From Leucoraja ocellata (lineage: Eukaryota), in contig JAWMAR010000471.1 of assembly GCA_036785375.1 (NCBI GenBank), positions 558,001 to 622,000 of the forward strand: DNA of 64,000 nucleotides. The letters are read 5' to 3'. This document shows positions 39,500 through 51,524 of the stretch, piece by piece. Position 1 is the stretch's first letter. Every line of letters begins with the position of its first letter. Under the pieces are notes generated by a model, which searched no databases, was not told where the DNA came from, and saw only the letters and a list, made by a program, of their open reading frames with translations. The translations under genes were made by a program, and so were the position numbers.

Positions 39500-40122
39500 T
39501 TTGCCCGTTCACTATGTACTGGCTGAGTTCGAAACTTGAAGAGACAAAAACTGGATCGTGTCTGCTGGTCTCCGGATGTTCGCTGTCACTGCCATGTGCC
39601 CCCAGTGATGGAGTCAGAGATGTGGGTGGGCAGCGGGGTCTCTGCCAATTAAAATACACGTAGCCGGAATCCAGCTTCCCCCCGAGAGTATTCGCATCCG
39701 CTTGAATAAACCGTGATTGAGGAAGGCATATTTGTTCTTGTAACCGGTGGTGAAGGTGCGAAGCCTGACATTGTTAAGCGAAATAATAATAGGTGCATAT
39801 TCACAAATGGAATAGATCGGGTAAACTCACAGAGTCTCTTGGCCAGATTAGGTGGATCGAGAAACAGAGAACATAGATTCAAAGTGAGTGTGGAGTAGAT
39901 TTAATAGAGACCCGAAGGGTAACTTTTTCATACAAAGGGGGCGGCGCTTGGAACGAGCTGCCGGAGGCAGTAGTTAAGGCAGGCACAATCGCAGAGTTTA
40001 TGAAGAGCGTTGACATATACATGGATAGAACGGATGTTGAGGATATGGACGAAATGCATGCAGGTAGGAATAGTGTAGATGGAACATGTTGGCTGGTGTT
40101 GGCAATTTGGGCCGAAGGGTGT

Positions 40123-40657
40123 ACAGGGTCTTGGTGAGACCACACATGGAGTATTGTGTACAGTTTTGGTTTCCTAATCTGAGGAAAGACATTCTTGTAC
40201 AGAGATGGTTCACCAGACTGATTCCTGGGATGTCAGGACTTTGATATGAAGAAAGACTGGATAGACTCGACTTGTACGCGCTAGAATTTAGAAGATTGAG
40301 GGGGGATCTTCTAGAAACTTACAAAATTCTTAAGGGGTTGGACAGATTAGATGCAGGAAGCTTATTCCCGATGTTGGGGAAGTCCAGAACAAGGGGTCAC
40401 AGTTTAAGGATAAGGGGGAAATATTTTAGGACCGAGATGAGGAAAACATTTTTCACACAGAGAGTGGTGAATCTCTGGAAGTATCTGCCACAGAAGGCAG
40501 TTGAGGCCAGTTCATTGGCTATATTCAAGAGGGAGTTAGAGGTGGCAGGTACAGGATACTGAGTTGGATGATCAGCCATGATCATATTGAATGGCGGTGC
40601 AGGCTCGAAGGGCCGAATAGCCTACTTCTGCACCTATTTTTATGTTTCTATGTTTCT
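40123..40657 (+). mobile_element. CR1 3' fragment with 8-bp TSD, nested in an older CR1 end (39800-40690)
   Basis: TSD AAGGGTGT at 40115-40122 and 40658-40665; (TATGTTTC)n tail; empty site at ~57550. Confidence 0.88.
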
Positions 40658-40841
40658 AAGGGTGTGTTTCCACGCAGTAAGACTCTATGATGCCACGATT
40701 CTAAAAAGAAACACCACAGTATTAACGTCATCCGTCCAAAGGCTACGGGCAGATGTGCAGTCGCTTCGGCCGTGTGGAGAAAATGGGAATTATTACGATG
40801 TTTTGATGTATACATTGAGAAATGCACGTGATTTCTATACG

Positions 40842-41595
40842 AGTCAAGTCAAGTCAAGTCAAGTTTATTCGTCACATACACGTACGAGATGTCAGTGAAA
40901 TGAAAAGTGCTGCGGCGTGTGATGTCCATGTCATATCCTCAGAGATGTGGACTCCCAGATATTTAAAAGAGTTCACCCTATCCACAGTATCCCCATTTAT
41001 GCTCAATGGCGTGTAGGTCCTCGGATGATGTGCCCTCCTAAAGTCCATGATCAGCTATTTAGTTTTTTGATGTTCAATCGGAGGCTGTTGTCCTGACCCC
41101 AGAGTGCTAGATCAGCCACCTCCTCTCGGTCGGCATTCTCATCGTTGTCTGAGATCCGGCCCACTACCACAGTGTCATCAGCAAACTTGATTATTGAGTT
41201 GGAGCTGAACCTAGCCACACAGTCATGTGTGTACAGGGAGTACAATAGGGGGCTGAGGACGCAACCCTGGGGCGATCCTGTGCTCAGGGTGAGGGACTTC
41301 GATGTATTTCCTCCCATCTTGACTACCTGGGGATTGGCGGTGAGAAAGTACAGGGCCCAGGCACACAGTGGGGTGTTGAGCCCCAATTCTATTAGCTTCC
41401 CGGCCAGTCTATGAACAGCATCCTCACGTAGCCCCACTTCTGGCTGTCCAGGTGGGAGAGAGCGGTGTGCAAAACCTGGGAGACCGCATCGTCCGTGGAT
41501 CTGTTCGGACGGTATGCGAACTGTAACAGGTCTATGTTGCGAGGGAGGAAGGCGCAGATGTGTTTCTTCACCAGCCTCTCGAAGCATTTCATGAA
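40842..41595 (-). mobile_element. Rex1/Babar LINE fragment, (ACTTG)n tail
   Basis: [42 protein letters not shown]. Confidence 0.9.
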
Positions 41596-41734
41596 TACCG
41601 AGGAAAATAAGTAAATAAGTGAAGTAAATTACAAGCAAAGCCAGAAGGATGTGCAAGGAGCCATTTTCAATGAATGTGTTCAGTTCCACTCCCCCACATC
41701 TGCCATGTTTTGGCATATGAAATTAATTCCTGAG

Positions 41735-42017
41735 GACCTCACCCCGCCGAGTCCACGCCGACCATCGATGACCGGATCACTTTCGTTCCGTGTTATTCCA
41801 CCTTTCCATCTATGCCTTACACACTTGGTGCATGTTTACAGAGGCCAATTAACCTAAAACAAACACACGTATTGGGGATACGGGAGGAAATCAGAGCACC
41901 TGGACGATACCTACACGGTCACAGCGAGACGGGAAAACTACACTCAGACATTACCCGAGTACAGGATTGATCCCGGGTGTCTGAAGCTTTGAGGCAGCAG
42001 CAGCTGCGCCACTGTGC
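41735..42017 (-). mobile_element. HE1-like SINE; paralogue at 56972-57245 (+)
   Basis: Head CAGTGGCGCAGCTGCTGCTGCCTC..CCCGGGATCAATCCTG. Confidence 0.7.
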
Positions 42018-42126
42018 CGACAAAACGTGTGATTTGTTTTTAAAAGCGTGCAGCTGGGTGATTGTTGAAATTTAACCACAGCTAGCCGGCAAAATAGGTT
42101 TGTAATTTCCATGAGTTGCAGCAGTG

Positions 42127-42198
42127 TATCGAGTGGCCTAGTGATCTGCATTCTGCGCACCGACCGTTGCTGCCTGAATTCGGTTCGTGGTCAGGCAG
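42127..42198 (+). pseudogene. Decayed tRNA-Glu-derived sequence
   Basis: 72 nt colinear with vertebrate tRNA-Glu(CTC): GTGGCCTAGTGA..ATTCTGCGC..ACCG..GCC..TTCGGTTC..GGTCAGG; acceptor stem and anticodon degraded. Confidence 0.65.
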
Positions 42199-42964
42199 TA
42201 TGGCGGCATCTTTCTGTCTCCAGCGGCAACATTATTAGACCGCGCATCGTTCACTCTGTGTACTTTCAGCGTCGCCTCAACCACGTGAACAGTCAGCAGC
42301 TCACAAACATTTAAAATAATATACTTATGCAAAATACATAAACATTATTGCTACCAACGGCTAACATTGCCATAACCCCGACTGGTTCATGCAGCCAGGG
42401 GTCTCAGATTCAAATTAATATTGAGATTCACATTCAAAATATATCTCCAAAATCGAAAAAAATATATACCAACAATGGCCCATAAATAATATTTTCGAAT
42501 ATGCTAACTATACAACGTGTTGTCCATCATGGAAACAAACCACTAGAGATTGGATGATAATTGAAATGCACTCTCGCTCACCTGCTCGCGGAGTGGCGTG
42601 GATATCAGTGCAGTTGGGGAGGAGCAGCCATAAAGTGTGAAATCGCCACATTTGACTGGGTCTTTACATGGAAACAGTTCCGCCTTCACTGACCTCGACT
42701 ATGGGAAACACAACTGGGATTATTGTGAATTGTGGGAACAGTCATAGTGCGTCAATTCTTTGGATTTCGAAATATATAGTTTATTCGAGAAATAAATATG
42801 TACAATACATGATCCTTACAAAACCCCCATCCGACATTCTCGGAGGCTAAACATACATTCAATACTGTTTACACAAATTACACAATTTTACCTCCCACCT
42901 AAGGGATCACAAATAACATTAGCAAATGTGCAGACGACACAAAGCTGGGTGGCAGTGTGAACAG

Positions 42965-42965
42965 T

Positions 42966-43043
<78 letters not shown>

Positions 43044-43045
43044 GT
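42965..43045. repeat. (TG)n microsatellite at the inversion junction
   Basis: About 40 TG units, seen directly. Confidence 0.95.
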
Positions 43046-43214
43046 GGTGGGTCGTGTATGATTTTTGGTCGGTAGATGCAGCTCACGCTTCGGTCGATCG
43101 AGCTCGAGGCTTTCCAGGCGATTAACCAAAACATCTGGCAACCTCATGGAAACCTTGGGTTGCGGGCAATGTCACCAGAGTTTTCCGTTCAAGTTTCCTA
43201 AGAGGGACAGAGGC

Positions 43215-43410
43215 ATTACACTGCCGGAGACCCGGGTTAGAACCTGAGTACCGTGTTGTCAGTATCGATGTTGCAAGTTCTGACGATTGGACAAGATGGC
43301 GGCGCATCGCGGCAGCGGCCTCTGCTGTACGTCTGTCTTTCCCTTCTTCTTGTCTCGTTAGGTGTTTGTTTTGGTTTCGTTTTATATACTTTTTAGCTGT
43401 GTATATGTGT

Positions 43411-43441
<31 letters not shown>

Positions 43442-44265
43442 GTCGTGGAGGGGGGGGGGGGGGTTAAATCTCTTCCCTGTACGAATATTCGACCTTTTCC
43501 CTGTCAAGTGTCCGTTGTCGTTGGGGCCCAACATTGTGTAGCCGGCGGCCTCCAACCGGAATCGACCTGGGTCTCGAGTCGCGGAGCCTGCGGACTAGGA
43601 CTTCGGAGCTTCGGAGTCTCCGTCTGCAGGCTCTGTGGACGGTAACAGCGGGAGCTCGCAGGTCCCTGGTAGGAGACCTCTTTTTGGAGCTCCCGCAACG
43701 GTAACTTCTCCCGACCGAATCGAGAGGATTAAATCGACCCGTAGCAGGTCCTTATATCGCCCGGCGCGGTTTCAACGGACGTTGGACTTACCGTCAACCG
43801 CTGAGGGCTCTAACATAAAAAGCCTCGATCAGCTCGATGCAGCAGTTTGACTGCTTGACTGTGGGAGAAGAATAAAGAACCGAGAACAGCGAAGAGAAAA
43901 TACTTTTTCCTTCCATCACAGTGAGGGGGTGTTTGGAGAATCACTGTGATGGATGTTTGTGTGGAATTGTGTTAATTTTGTGTATTGTTTTTTGTTGTTG
44001 GTATGACTGCAGGACCGTAATTTCGTTTGAGCCTGTGTTTCAATGACAATAAACGGCATGCTGATTCTGACTCTGATTCCGATGACTGCCTGGGTTTTCT
44101 CCGGGTGCTCCGGTTTCCTCACAGACTCGAAATACGTACAGGCATATAGTTTATTTTTAATGTCTGTAAATTGTAACTATTCTCCAGCTTGTAGTAGAGT
44201 GCTGCTGTCTGGGGTGATCGTTGGTAAGCGCTGATTGTGTGGGACGAAGGGCCTGTGTCCACAGC
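43215..44265 (+). mobile_element. HE1-like SINE interrupted by a GC-rich retroposon (43289-44080); paralogue at 60035-61085
   Basis: Inner element starts CAAGATGGCGGCG (YY1-like motif) and ends AATAAA..(ATTCTG)n. Confidence 0.65.
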
Positions 44266-44499
44266 GGATCTCTGATTTCTTGAGCCTATGTTCCTTGGGC
44301 GCAGGAGGCGGAGTGTACGGGATCATTAGCGGATCGGACAACGTGAATCACGCGAGAATCACAGTGGGAAACTTTGATTCTGCTGTGTGGGGATATTTTA
44401 TGTTGGACTCTATCGTGTGTTGTGTTCTTTATTTTATTGTATGGTTATATGGTGACCACACATTTCACTGTAGCAACTGGTACATGTGACAAATAAATG

Positions 44500-45095
44500 C
44501 ATCTCGTATCGTGTCCTTTGCCCAGAGTTGGAGAATCAGCAACCAGAGGAATTAGGTTAAAGGTGAGAGGGGAAATATTTAACAGGAACGGGAGGGAAAC
44601 TTTTGCACTTGAGAAGGTGATGGGTATCACCTGGGGTCATTGTACATCACTCACTGAAAGTAAGCATTCAGGTACAGCAGGCAGTGAAGAAAGCTAATTG
44701 CACGTTGAGCTTCATAACAAGCGCAGTTGAGTATAGGAGCAAAGAGGTCCTTCTGCAGTTGTACAGGGCCCTAGTGAGACAACACCAGGAGTAATGTGTG
44801 CAGTTTTGGTCTCCAGATTTGACGAACGGCATTCTTGCTATTGAAGGAGTGCACCGTGGGTTGGGAGTGCACCGTGGGTTCACCTGGTTAATTCCCGGGA
44901 TGGCGGGACTATCATATCTGGATACAATGGAGCGGCGGGGCTTGTATACAATGGAATTTAGTAGGACGAGAGGGGATCTTTTTGAAACATAAAATATTAT
45001 TAAGGGATTGGAGACGTCGGAGGCAGGAACCATGTCCCCGATGTTGAGAGAGTCAAGACCTAGGGACCGCAGTTTAAGAATAGGTTGTAGGTTAT
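44500..45095 (+). mobile_element. CR1 fragments; paralogue at 61340-61895
   Basis: QFWSPDL, ILAIEGVHR, LQLYRALVRP. Confidence 0.75.
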
Positions 45096-47581
45096 TTAGC
45101 AAGCGGGAGATCATGCTGTTTTAGGCGAATTGAGCGGAGATGTTCAACGAAACGATCCTGCACGTTGCCGAGGATCGTGCCAGTTAATTTACTTGCCACA
45201 GTCGAGCCCCCTAGCTTAAAAAGTAACACATGTGTTTGTGCAATAAATTAGTTTATGGGTCTGGAAGCGGAGAGAGAAGGTCCTGTGATAGGACACAGAT
45301 GGAAATTAGCTGATTAGCTTATTTTCAATAGACAATAGGTGCAGGAGTAGGCCATTCGGCCCTCCTAGCCAACACAGCCATTCTATGTGATCATCCCCAA
45401 TCACTACCCCGTTCCTGCCTTCTCCTTATATCCCCTGACTCCGCTATCTTTAAGAGCCCTATCTAGCTCGCTTTTGACATTATCCAGAGAACCGGTCTCC
45501 ACCACCGTCTGAGGCAGAGAATACCACAGACTCATTACTCTCTGTGTGAAAATTTGTTGCCGCATCTCCATCTAAATGGCTTACCCCTTATTCTTAAACA
45601 GTGGCCCTGGTTCTGGACTCCCCCAACATCGGGAACATGTTTCCTGCCTCGAGCGTGTCCAAACCCTCAATGACATTATATGTTTCAATAAAATGCCCTC
45701 TCAACCTTCTAATTTCCAGTATATACAAGCCCAGTCGCTCCATTATTTCAACATATGTCAGTCCAGCCATACTGGTTAGAACCGCCCGTTGGGAAAATTA
45801 AAGTTCTGACAGTCTACCCTATCGACACCTGTCGTAAACTAACTAACGTAAACTAACTAAACTTGCACGCTGTACAAATTGGTGACCAGCAGCAAAGCCA
45901 TTAGTGAATGTCTTTGCCAATTCGGAAAGATGGACACATTTACTAAGTACAGCGTGTTTTAGAGTCGGAGTTGCTCATTTACCGGAATGGTGGCTGGATT
46001 AGCGGTGCAGGGAGAGATTGGTCATATTTGGATTCTTTCCCTCGGGAATGTCGGAGATTGCAGGAAGATCTGGTTGAGGTATGTAAAGTTTCGAGAGGGT
46101 CGAAAGGGTCGCTCCCCCAACGCACCCGTTCCCTACCCGTGGCCACCACAGGAGGCGTGGTCCTCCAACTCAAGCCGTTCCTGAACGTAAGTGAAGCTGA
46201 TCACTGCTAGCCGAGCCATCGTGACGTCATCAGTTGAAGCTAGTAGTTTTATATTCAATCTTTTGATTTTTATTAAAACTTTAATCAGTAATGTCGAGAA
46301 ATAAAGCATAAAATGGTCAGCGAAGGTGCTCGCTGCTGGCTGGAGGGGATAAGTGTGGATCAGGATATGTAAAAATCTTATGAAAGTTGGCCTTTTTAAT
46401 GCTTTAATCGCGAATAACGTTAAATATAGGATGAAATTTTCAGGGAAGCTGATCACTGCTAGCCGAGCCATTGCGACGTCATCAGTTGCAGCTGGTCGTT
46501 TTAAATTCAAAGTATTTTGATGATTTTAAACTTCTTACTTACTTTGAATCAGAAATTTGTCAAGAAATAAGGCATAAAATGTCCAGTGAAGGTATGTATT
46601 CACGGCCTCGAGGGGATAAACGTCAATCAGAATATGTAAAAATGTAATCGTTACCGCTTCGGGAGCGGAGGATTTGGGGAGAGAGTACTCAACTCAAATT
46701 TGGAGCTATACAAATCTCAGCCGCCATCGGTGGTGAAAATAAATTAATGGATTTCTCACATTATCTTGCCCTGCAAGAGGAGATAAATCCGACTCTTGCC
46801 CACTCCCTCGAATCTCAAATAGGCAGAGCTCCAGCGCCGGCGCTGCATCAAAGGAGGTGGGACATTAATGCAAATCGATTTTCAGCATATCTTTACCACA
46901 CAGGCGAACTTACTCACTTTACCGCCCTCTACTGGACACTCGCTGTTACACACTGCTTGCATTAACAAAATAATTTGTAATGCCAACGTATGAATAACAC
47001 CCACTACCTTTGGCTGCATCTGGTGCAGAGTTACTAATTGTACTGAAAACCGTAAGGCTCTGTAAGAAGCAACGTGGCATTACATTCAGTGCGAGAAACA
47101 AATATAAAATGGAACTCTCATTAACATAACTGTTGCAGCAAGAATTTTATTAAACACATTGGCGCACTGGGCATTTACATACGTAAACATGGAACGTCTC
47201 AAATAATTATAGAGTAATGGAGCATGCAATGTTTAGGACCATAACTCTATGTCTGTTTTCATTGCGTGTTGGAGAAGTTACCGCTGGATTCAAAGGAAGG
47301 TGGAAACAGTTAACGGCGAGGCTCAATTCCTGAATCATTGGAGGTCTGTTCCAATACAACATAGCACTCGGTTCCACATGGCCGCCCTTCCCACTGGGCT
47401 CTTTGAACAATGCGCCCGTGTCGCATGTTAAATAGATGGCGAGATGTGCATTCCAGTGCAGGGGACGCGTTCACATTGTATTTCTAAACTATTTTTTGAA
47501 AATTGAGGCGGACACTTTTCAGAGAAAACCCTTCATTACCTAATTTTTTCACTCACTCACGGAGGGATTAGTATTGTAATG

Positions 47582-50300
47582 TTAATTTACATATGGTGTT
47601 CTCGATTTTATTAAGCTTACAGTTAGGGTGAAGGGGTACATGAGTACCTGGAGCAGATGCTCTCTGAACCTCCTCTGGGTCACGGTGTAAATGAGCGTGT
47701 TTGTGCAGGTGTTCAACAGTTGTAGCAGAATTCCAGTTTGTTCAAATGTTGGAAATGGGTTCTTCAACCCCCTGGACATAAATGCATTCGTAATTCGATA
47801 TAAAACGAAATATACCACGTTTGTGCCCCAGAGCAGCATAAAACTGCTGGAGATTGCAAGGAGTAAAATTACGGACCGTCTGCGGTTTGCGATCTCGGGG
47901 TCCTCATTACTGAGATCGCGGAGTTTCCTGCGGACACGACTGGCCACTAAAATGCGTCTGACAGTGAGCACGTTCATTAGCATAATCAAGCAAAATGGAA
48001 TGACTGGGACTAGCAGCTGTTGAGTCCAGGAAAATGCTATCCACGAGGATAGGCTATAAAAGTGATATCTTATTAGGCAGCCCCACTGTATACCCTGCTG
48101 ATCCCTGACATAATAATTGTACGCAAACGGCCAGGGGACGCTCAGTAAACAGAATAACGCAGTTAGGGTCACTATAACCACCAGCGCGGTTCTCTCGGTG
48201 CAGTATCTGGTTCTCAGATTCTGAGTGGAAATGGCCACAAAGCGATCAAATGTGAAAGCGACCGTGAGCCAAACAGAACAGGCAACGGCCGCGGGAGCGA
48301 GGAACATAATGGACCTGCACACAGTATTGTGGACGAGGAATGAGTGCGCCCAGTAAAGGTCAGCAATCCGTTGTAATATCACTTCGCAGACGATCACCGA
48401 GAGGTCCACAGTCGCCATGGCCACCAGGTACCGAGTGGTGCATTTGGAGAGACCACAATTTCTGCTGGACAGGATCACAATCGCCTACAAGTTCACTGGA
48501 AAAGAGAAAACTGTCGTTACATGTAAGGGAAACACGATGCTCATTTGGAAGCGGGGTCAAACTTGGGTACGCTTGGCTTATTTGTTCTAAAAAAACTGGC
48601 CCACATACAAACATGGGTGCGTGCTAAGGAGCTGTGCGGATTACGTAGCAGCGGTCTACGAAGGCAGCGTGAGCTGTCTCACAGCCACACTTGTTTCACC
48701 GCAGACTGCATATTGCAGCAACATGTCCGCATCAGACGCCATCGTCCTGGACCTAAACCCTTCCTGGGAACAGCCGGGCAGCAAGGAGTCGAAAGTCAGA
48801 TTCCCATTCCCAACACTACTCCCATCCAACCCATTGATAAGCTCCCGAGCCTAGCGATCAGCACACCAGCTTCTAATGTTCAAATGAACGTACCTTAATC
48901 AGAGAGTAGTAGTTATAACACCCCTTCCACAATAATTCTCTACAACGGTGCCGCATAAAGACGTCTCATCCGGTTCCGGGTTCTTCCTCCCATGCACTCA
49001 CGATCCCGCGGCCAAATGCGGCTGTGACTGCTCCCACAAGCTCCCAGATGATGACAATCTCTATGTCTGTATCAACGAGGCCAAGGAGCAAGTTATCGAT
49101 ATCAGGGAATGCGGGTGGATCACCGGTCAGCAACAACGGTGCTGAAGTGGAAGTGATTGAGGACGTCAAGTTCCTCGTAGTTAATATTACCAACGATGTT
49201 TGTTGGACGACCACATCGAAGGGACAGCCAGCGGCAGACCAACACCTTTACGGAGAAGTCTGAGGAACTTTGACCTGCCTCTGATGACTCAAACATGCTG
49301 CGGCAGATTAGCATAGAACGCATACTGTTGGTGTATCACAGCTTGTTGTGGGGATATCTATGCCCTATAAAGAGTAAATTGCGCATGGTTCTGGAAGATG
49401 CCGGGTCGTTATCAACAAATAGACTCCGCACTGTTGACTGCGTTTCCACTTCACAATCCCTTGGAAACGGAGACATGTCTCACCCCGCTCATTCCTTCTA
49501 CTCCCTGCACCCGTCGGGCAGAAGATACAGAAGGCTTATAGCTCGCACCACCAGACTCCAGAACTGCTTCTTCCCCTCTGTTGTCAGGCTTCTGAGCCGC
49601 TCTTCCATATGCGAGGGTATTGCCGTTTCACCTCTATCCCCTTGCGGACATTGGGCTTTGTGGATGTGATACGCTGCAGTGCGCTCCCAAACTTGTACTA
49701 CGTTCTGCACTCCGATTTCCCCTATTACACTACCTGTTACTGAGATTGAATTGTTTGTACTTGTATTATTTGATCTGATTGGATTTCTTGCAAACCAAAG
49801 CTTTATGCAGCTCCCGGAGAGACATGACTACAATGCACCTAAACCTGAATCTGAAGAGAATTAACCTGTGCCAGATCCAATGAACTACCAACGATCAAGT
49901 ATATTAAGAAAGGAATAGGTGACGTGTCGGTTCGAGACCCTTCTTCAGACTGATCACTCGACCCGAAACGTCACCTATTCCTTCGCTTCATAGATGCTGC
50001 TTCACTCGCCGAGGTTCTCCAACATTTTTGTCCGGCTTTGATTTCTTCAGCAAATTCAGTTCGTTCTGATGCAGGTATATTAGCATTTTATGGTTAATAC
50101 CGCCCTAACCTGAATGATACAGTCTAGCATTCCCGTGTTTCGCACACTATTATCACTTTACCTTTAACATTCTCTTTATCAACAGAGCATCCCACGTGTC
50201 AGTCCCACTTACTGCGTTCTCTTGACCTACCGGGTATTGCGATTGCTGCTAGAATTGGATAATAATAATATTCAACTGTCAAGTGCCGCTTCAAACTCAT
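47582..50300 (-). pseudogene. GPCR copy 4 (exon 1 50300-50231, exon 2 48495-47582) with premature TAG at codon 27
   Basis: Exon 1 MSLKRHLTVEYYYYPILAAIAIP with gtaggt donor; acceptor ttttccAG. Exon 2 reads V-N-L-TAG (48487-48485) where paralogues have CTG; the rest of the frame is intact. Confidence 0.8.
49910..50035. mobile_element. Penelope-like hairpin, copy 4 intron
   Basis: Paralogue; GAAA core mutated to GACA on the gene's sense strand. Confidence 0.65.
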
Positions 50301-51524
50301 TTTTCCTTCAAGCCGTCCGCAGTTATGCAGTGCAATACATATAGAAGTCAAAGTGAGAAGTAAAACAACGCTATATTTATATTCTTAGGACAAACTGAAG
50401 GACTGCGTGCGTTCACCTCCCCGCGGACATTTATTGTGGACCGTTGAACAAATAGTTTGCTCCCAGGTGATGCAAAGCGATCAAACTCATTATGCGATCG
50501 CTCGCTACTCAGGCACGAGCTGAGCACCAACAGAACAAAGGAACTGTAAAATACGACTGCACATGCTATTTTTAAATTTGAACGCGTGGCACACAGATGC
50601 AGCAAAATTCATGTTAGCAAAATTCATGTTATGTAGCATTTATCCGCACAAGCTGCGATGTAATACAGTATATTATTTGTAGCATTTGTAATGCATTTTC
50701 CAGACACCGTTCCATTCATTTAACATGCGCCCATTAATAATTTGATCTGGGATTTTCCGTGGAGCTCCCTTTCAAAAGGAAAGATAATCATTTTTGGGCA
50801 GGGTCTAAATTAAATAAATCACAGGGAACCTTCTAGACGACAACGTATACAATTCTGCTACAACAACAGTATTAATGTCTTTCAACTGTTGGCACTTCAT
50901 GAAGTAAAGAATAGGCGAATATAATGTGTAACGTAACAACTGACTGGAAATAAACAGCGGCTAGAAATATTCTTGATCAGGTTATCTTTAAATGAATGTG
51001 TTAAATCATAAAACACAGAGGTGAACAGCTTTTGGTGTTATTCCAGATATTAGGGCGAAATCTTCTCAATGCATTAATCCGTTTGAGATATCACGAATGT
51101 TGATGTGCAAGATAATAGAACGAATTGAATGGGTCTGATCGGCTGTAAATGTTTGGGGATAGATCATTCTGAAGAAAGATTTGACCTAAGAAAGAAGTGT
51201 CATGTTTGCTGCACTCGACCTAGGGAATTCACAGAAAAAATACCTGAATGATTTAAGGATCAATTTAAACTAGGGAGTATGCAACTCTCCTCACACGAAT
51301 GATACTAGTATTGGACAGTGTGAATTGTGAGATGGACTGGATAATGCAGAATTGTTTTCCCTCTGCAGCGAACAAAACCATGATGAGTTATGGTGGGTTA
51401 AATTATGACAAGATGATCAGTTCAGGTATTACCTACTGAAGCTTCTGAATTTTGAAGTAGGCAGGGCAGTACTCTGCATATCGCCAAGTTGGATAATTTA
51501 ACGTTTTTTTATCAAGCCAATTAA

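Larger units (their letters stand above)
28075..51430. repeat. Large inverted duplication: arm ~28075-38030 vs arm ~43190-51430, with V1 in the spacer
   Basis: Reverse-complement colinearity of GPCR promoter, exons, 3' flank and nested SINE. Confidence 0.9.

Noticed and set aside
39560-39655. CCAAT/CACCC/CRE-like motifs upstream of the V leader as a defined promoter
   Set aside because: Plausible, but the motifs are short, degenerate and differ between V1 and V2; not supportable from sequence alone.
9887-44366. Extra CACAGTG heptamers (9887, 43917, 44360 and paralogues) as RSSs of D/J segments
   Set aside because: For those checked there is no nonamer at 12 or 22/23 nt; they lie in repeat hairpins; no FGxG J motif was recognised.
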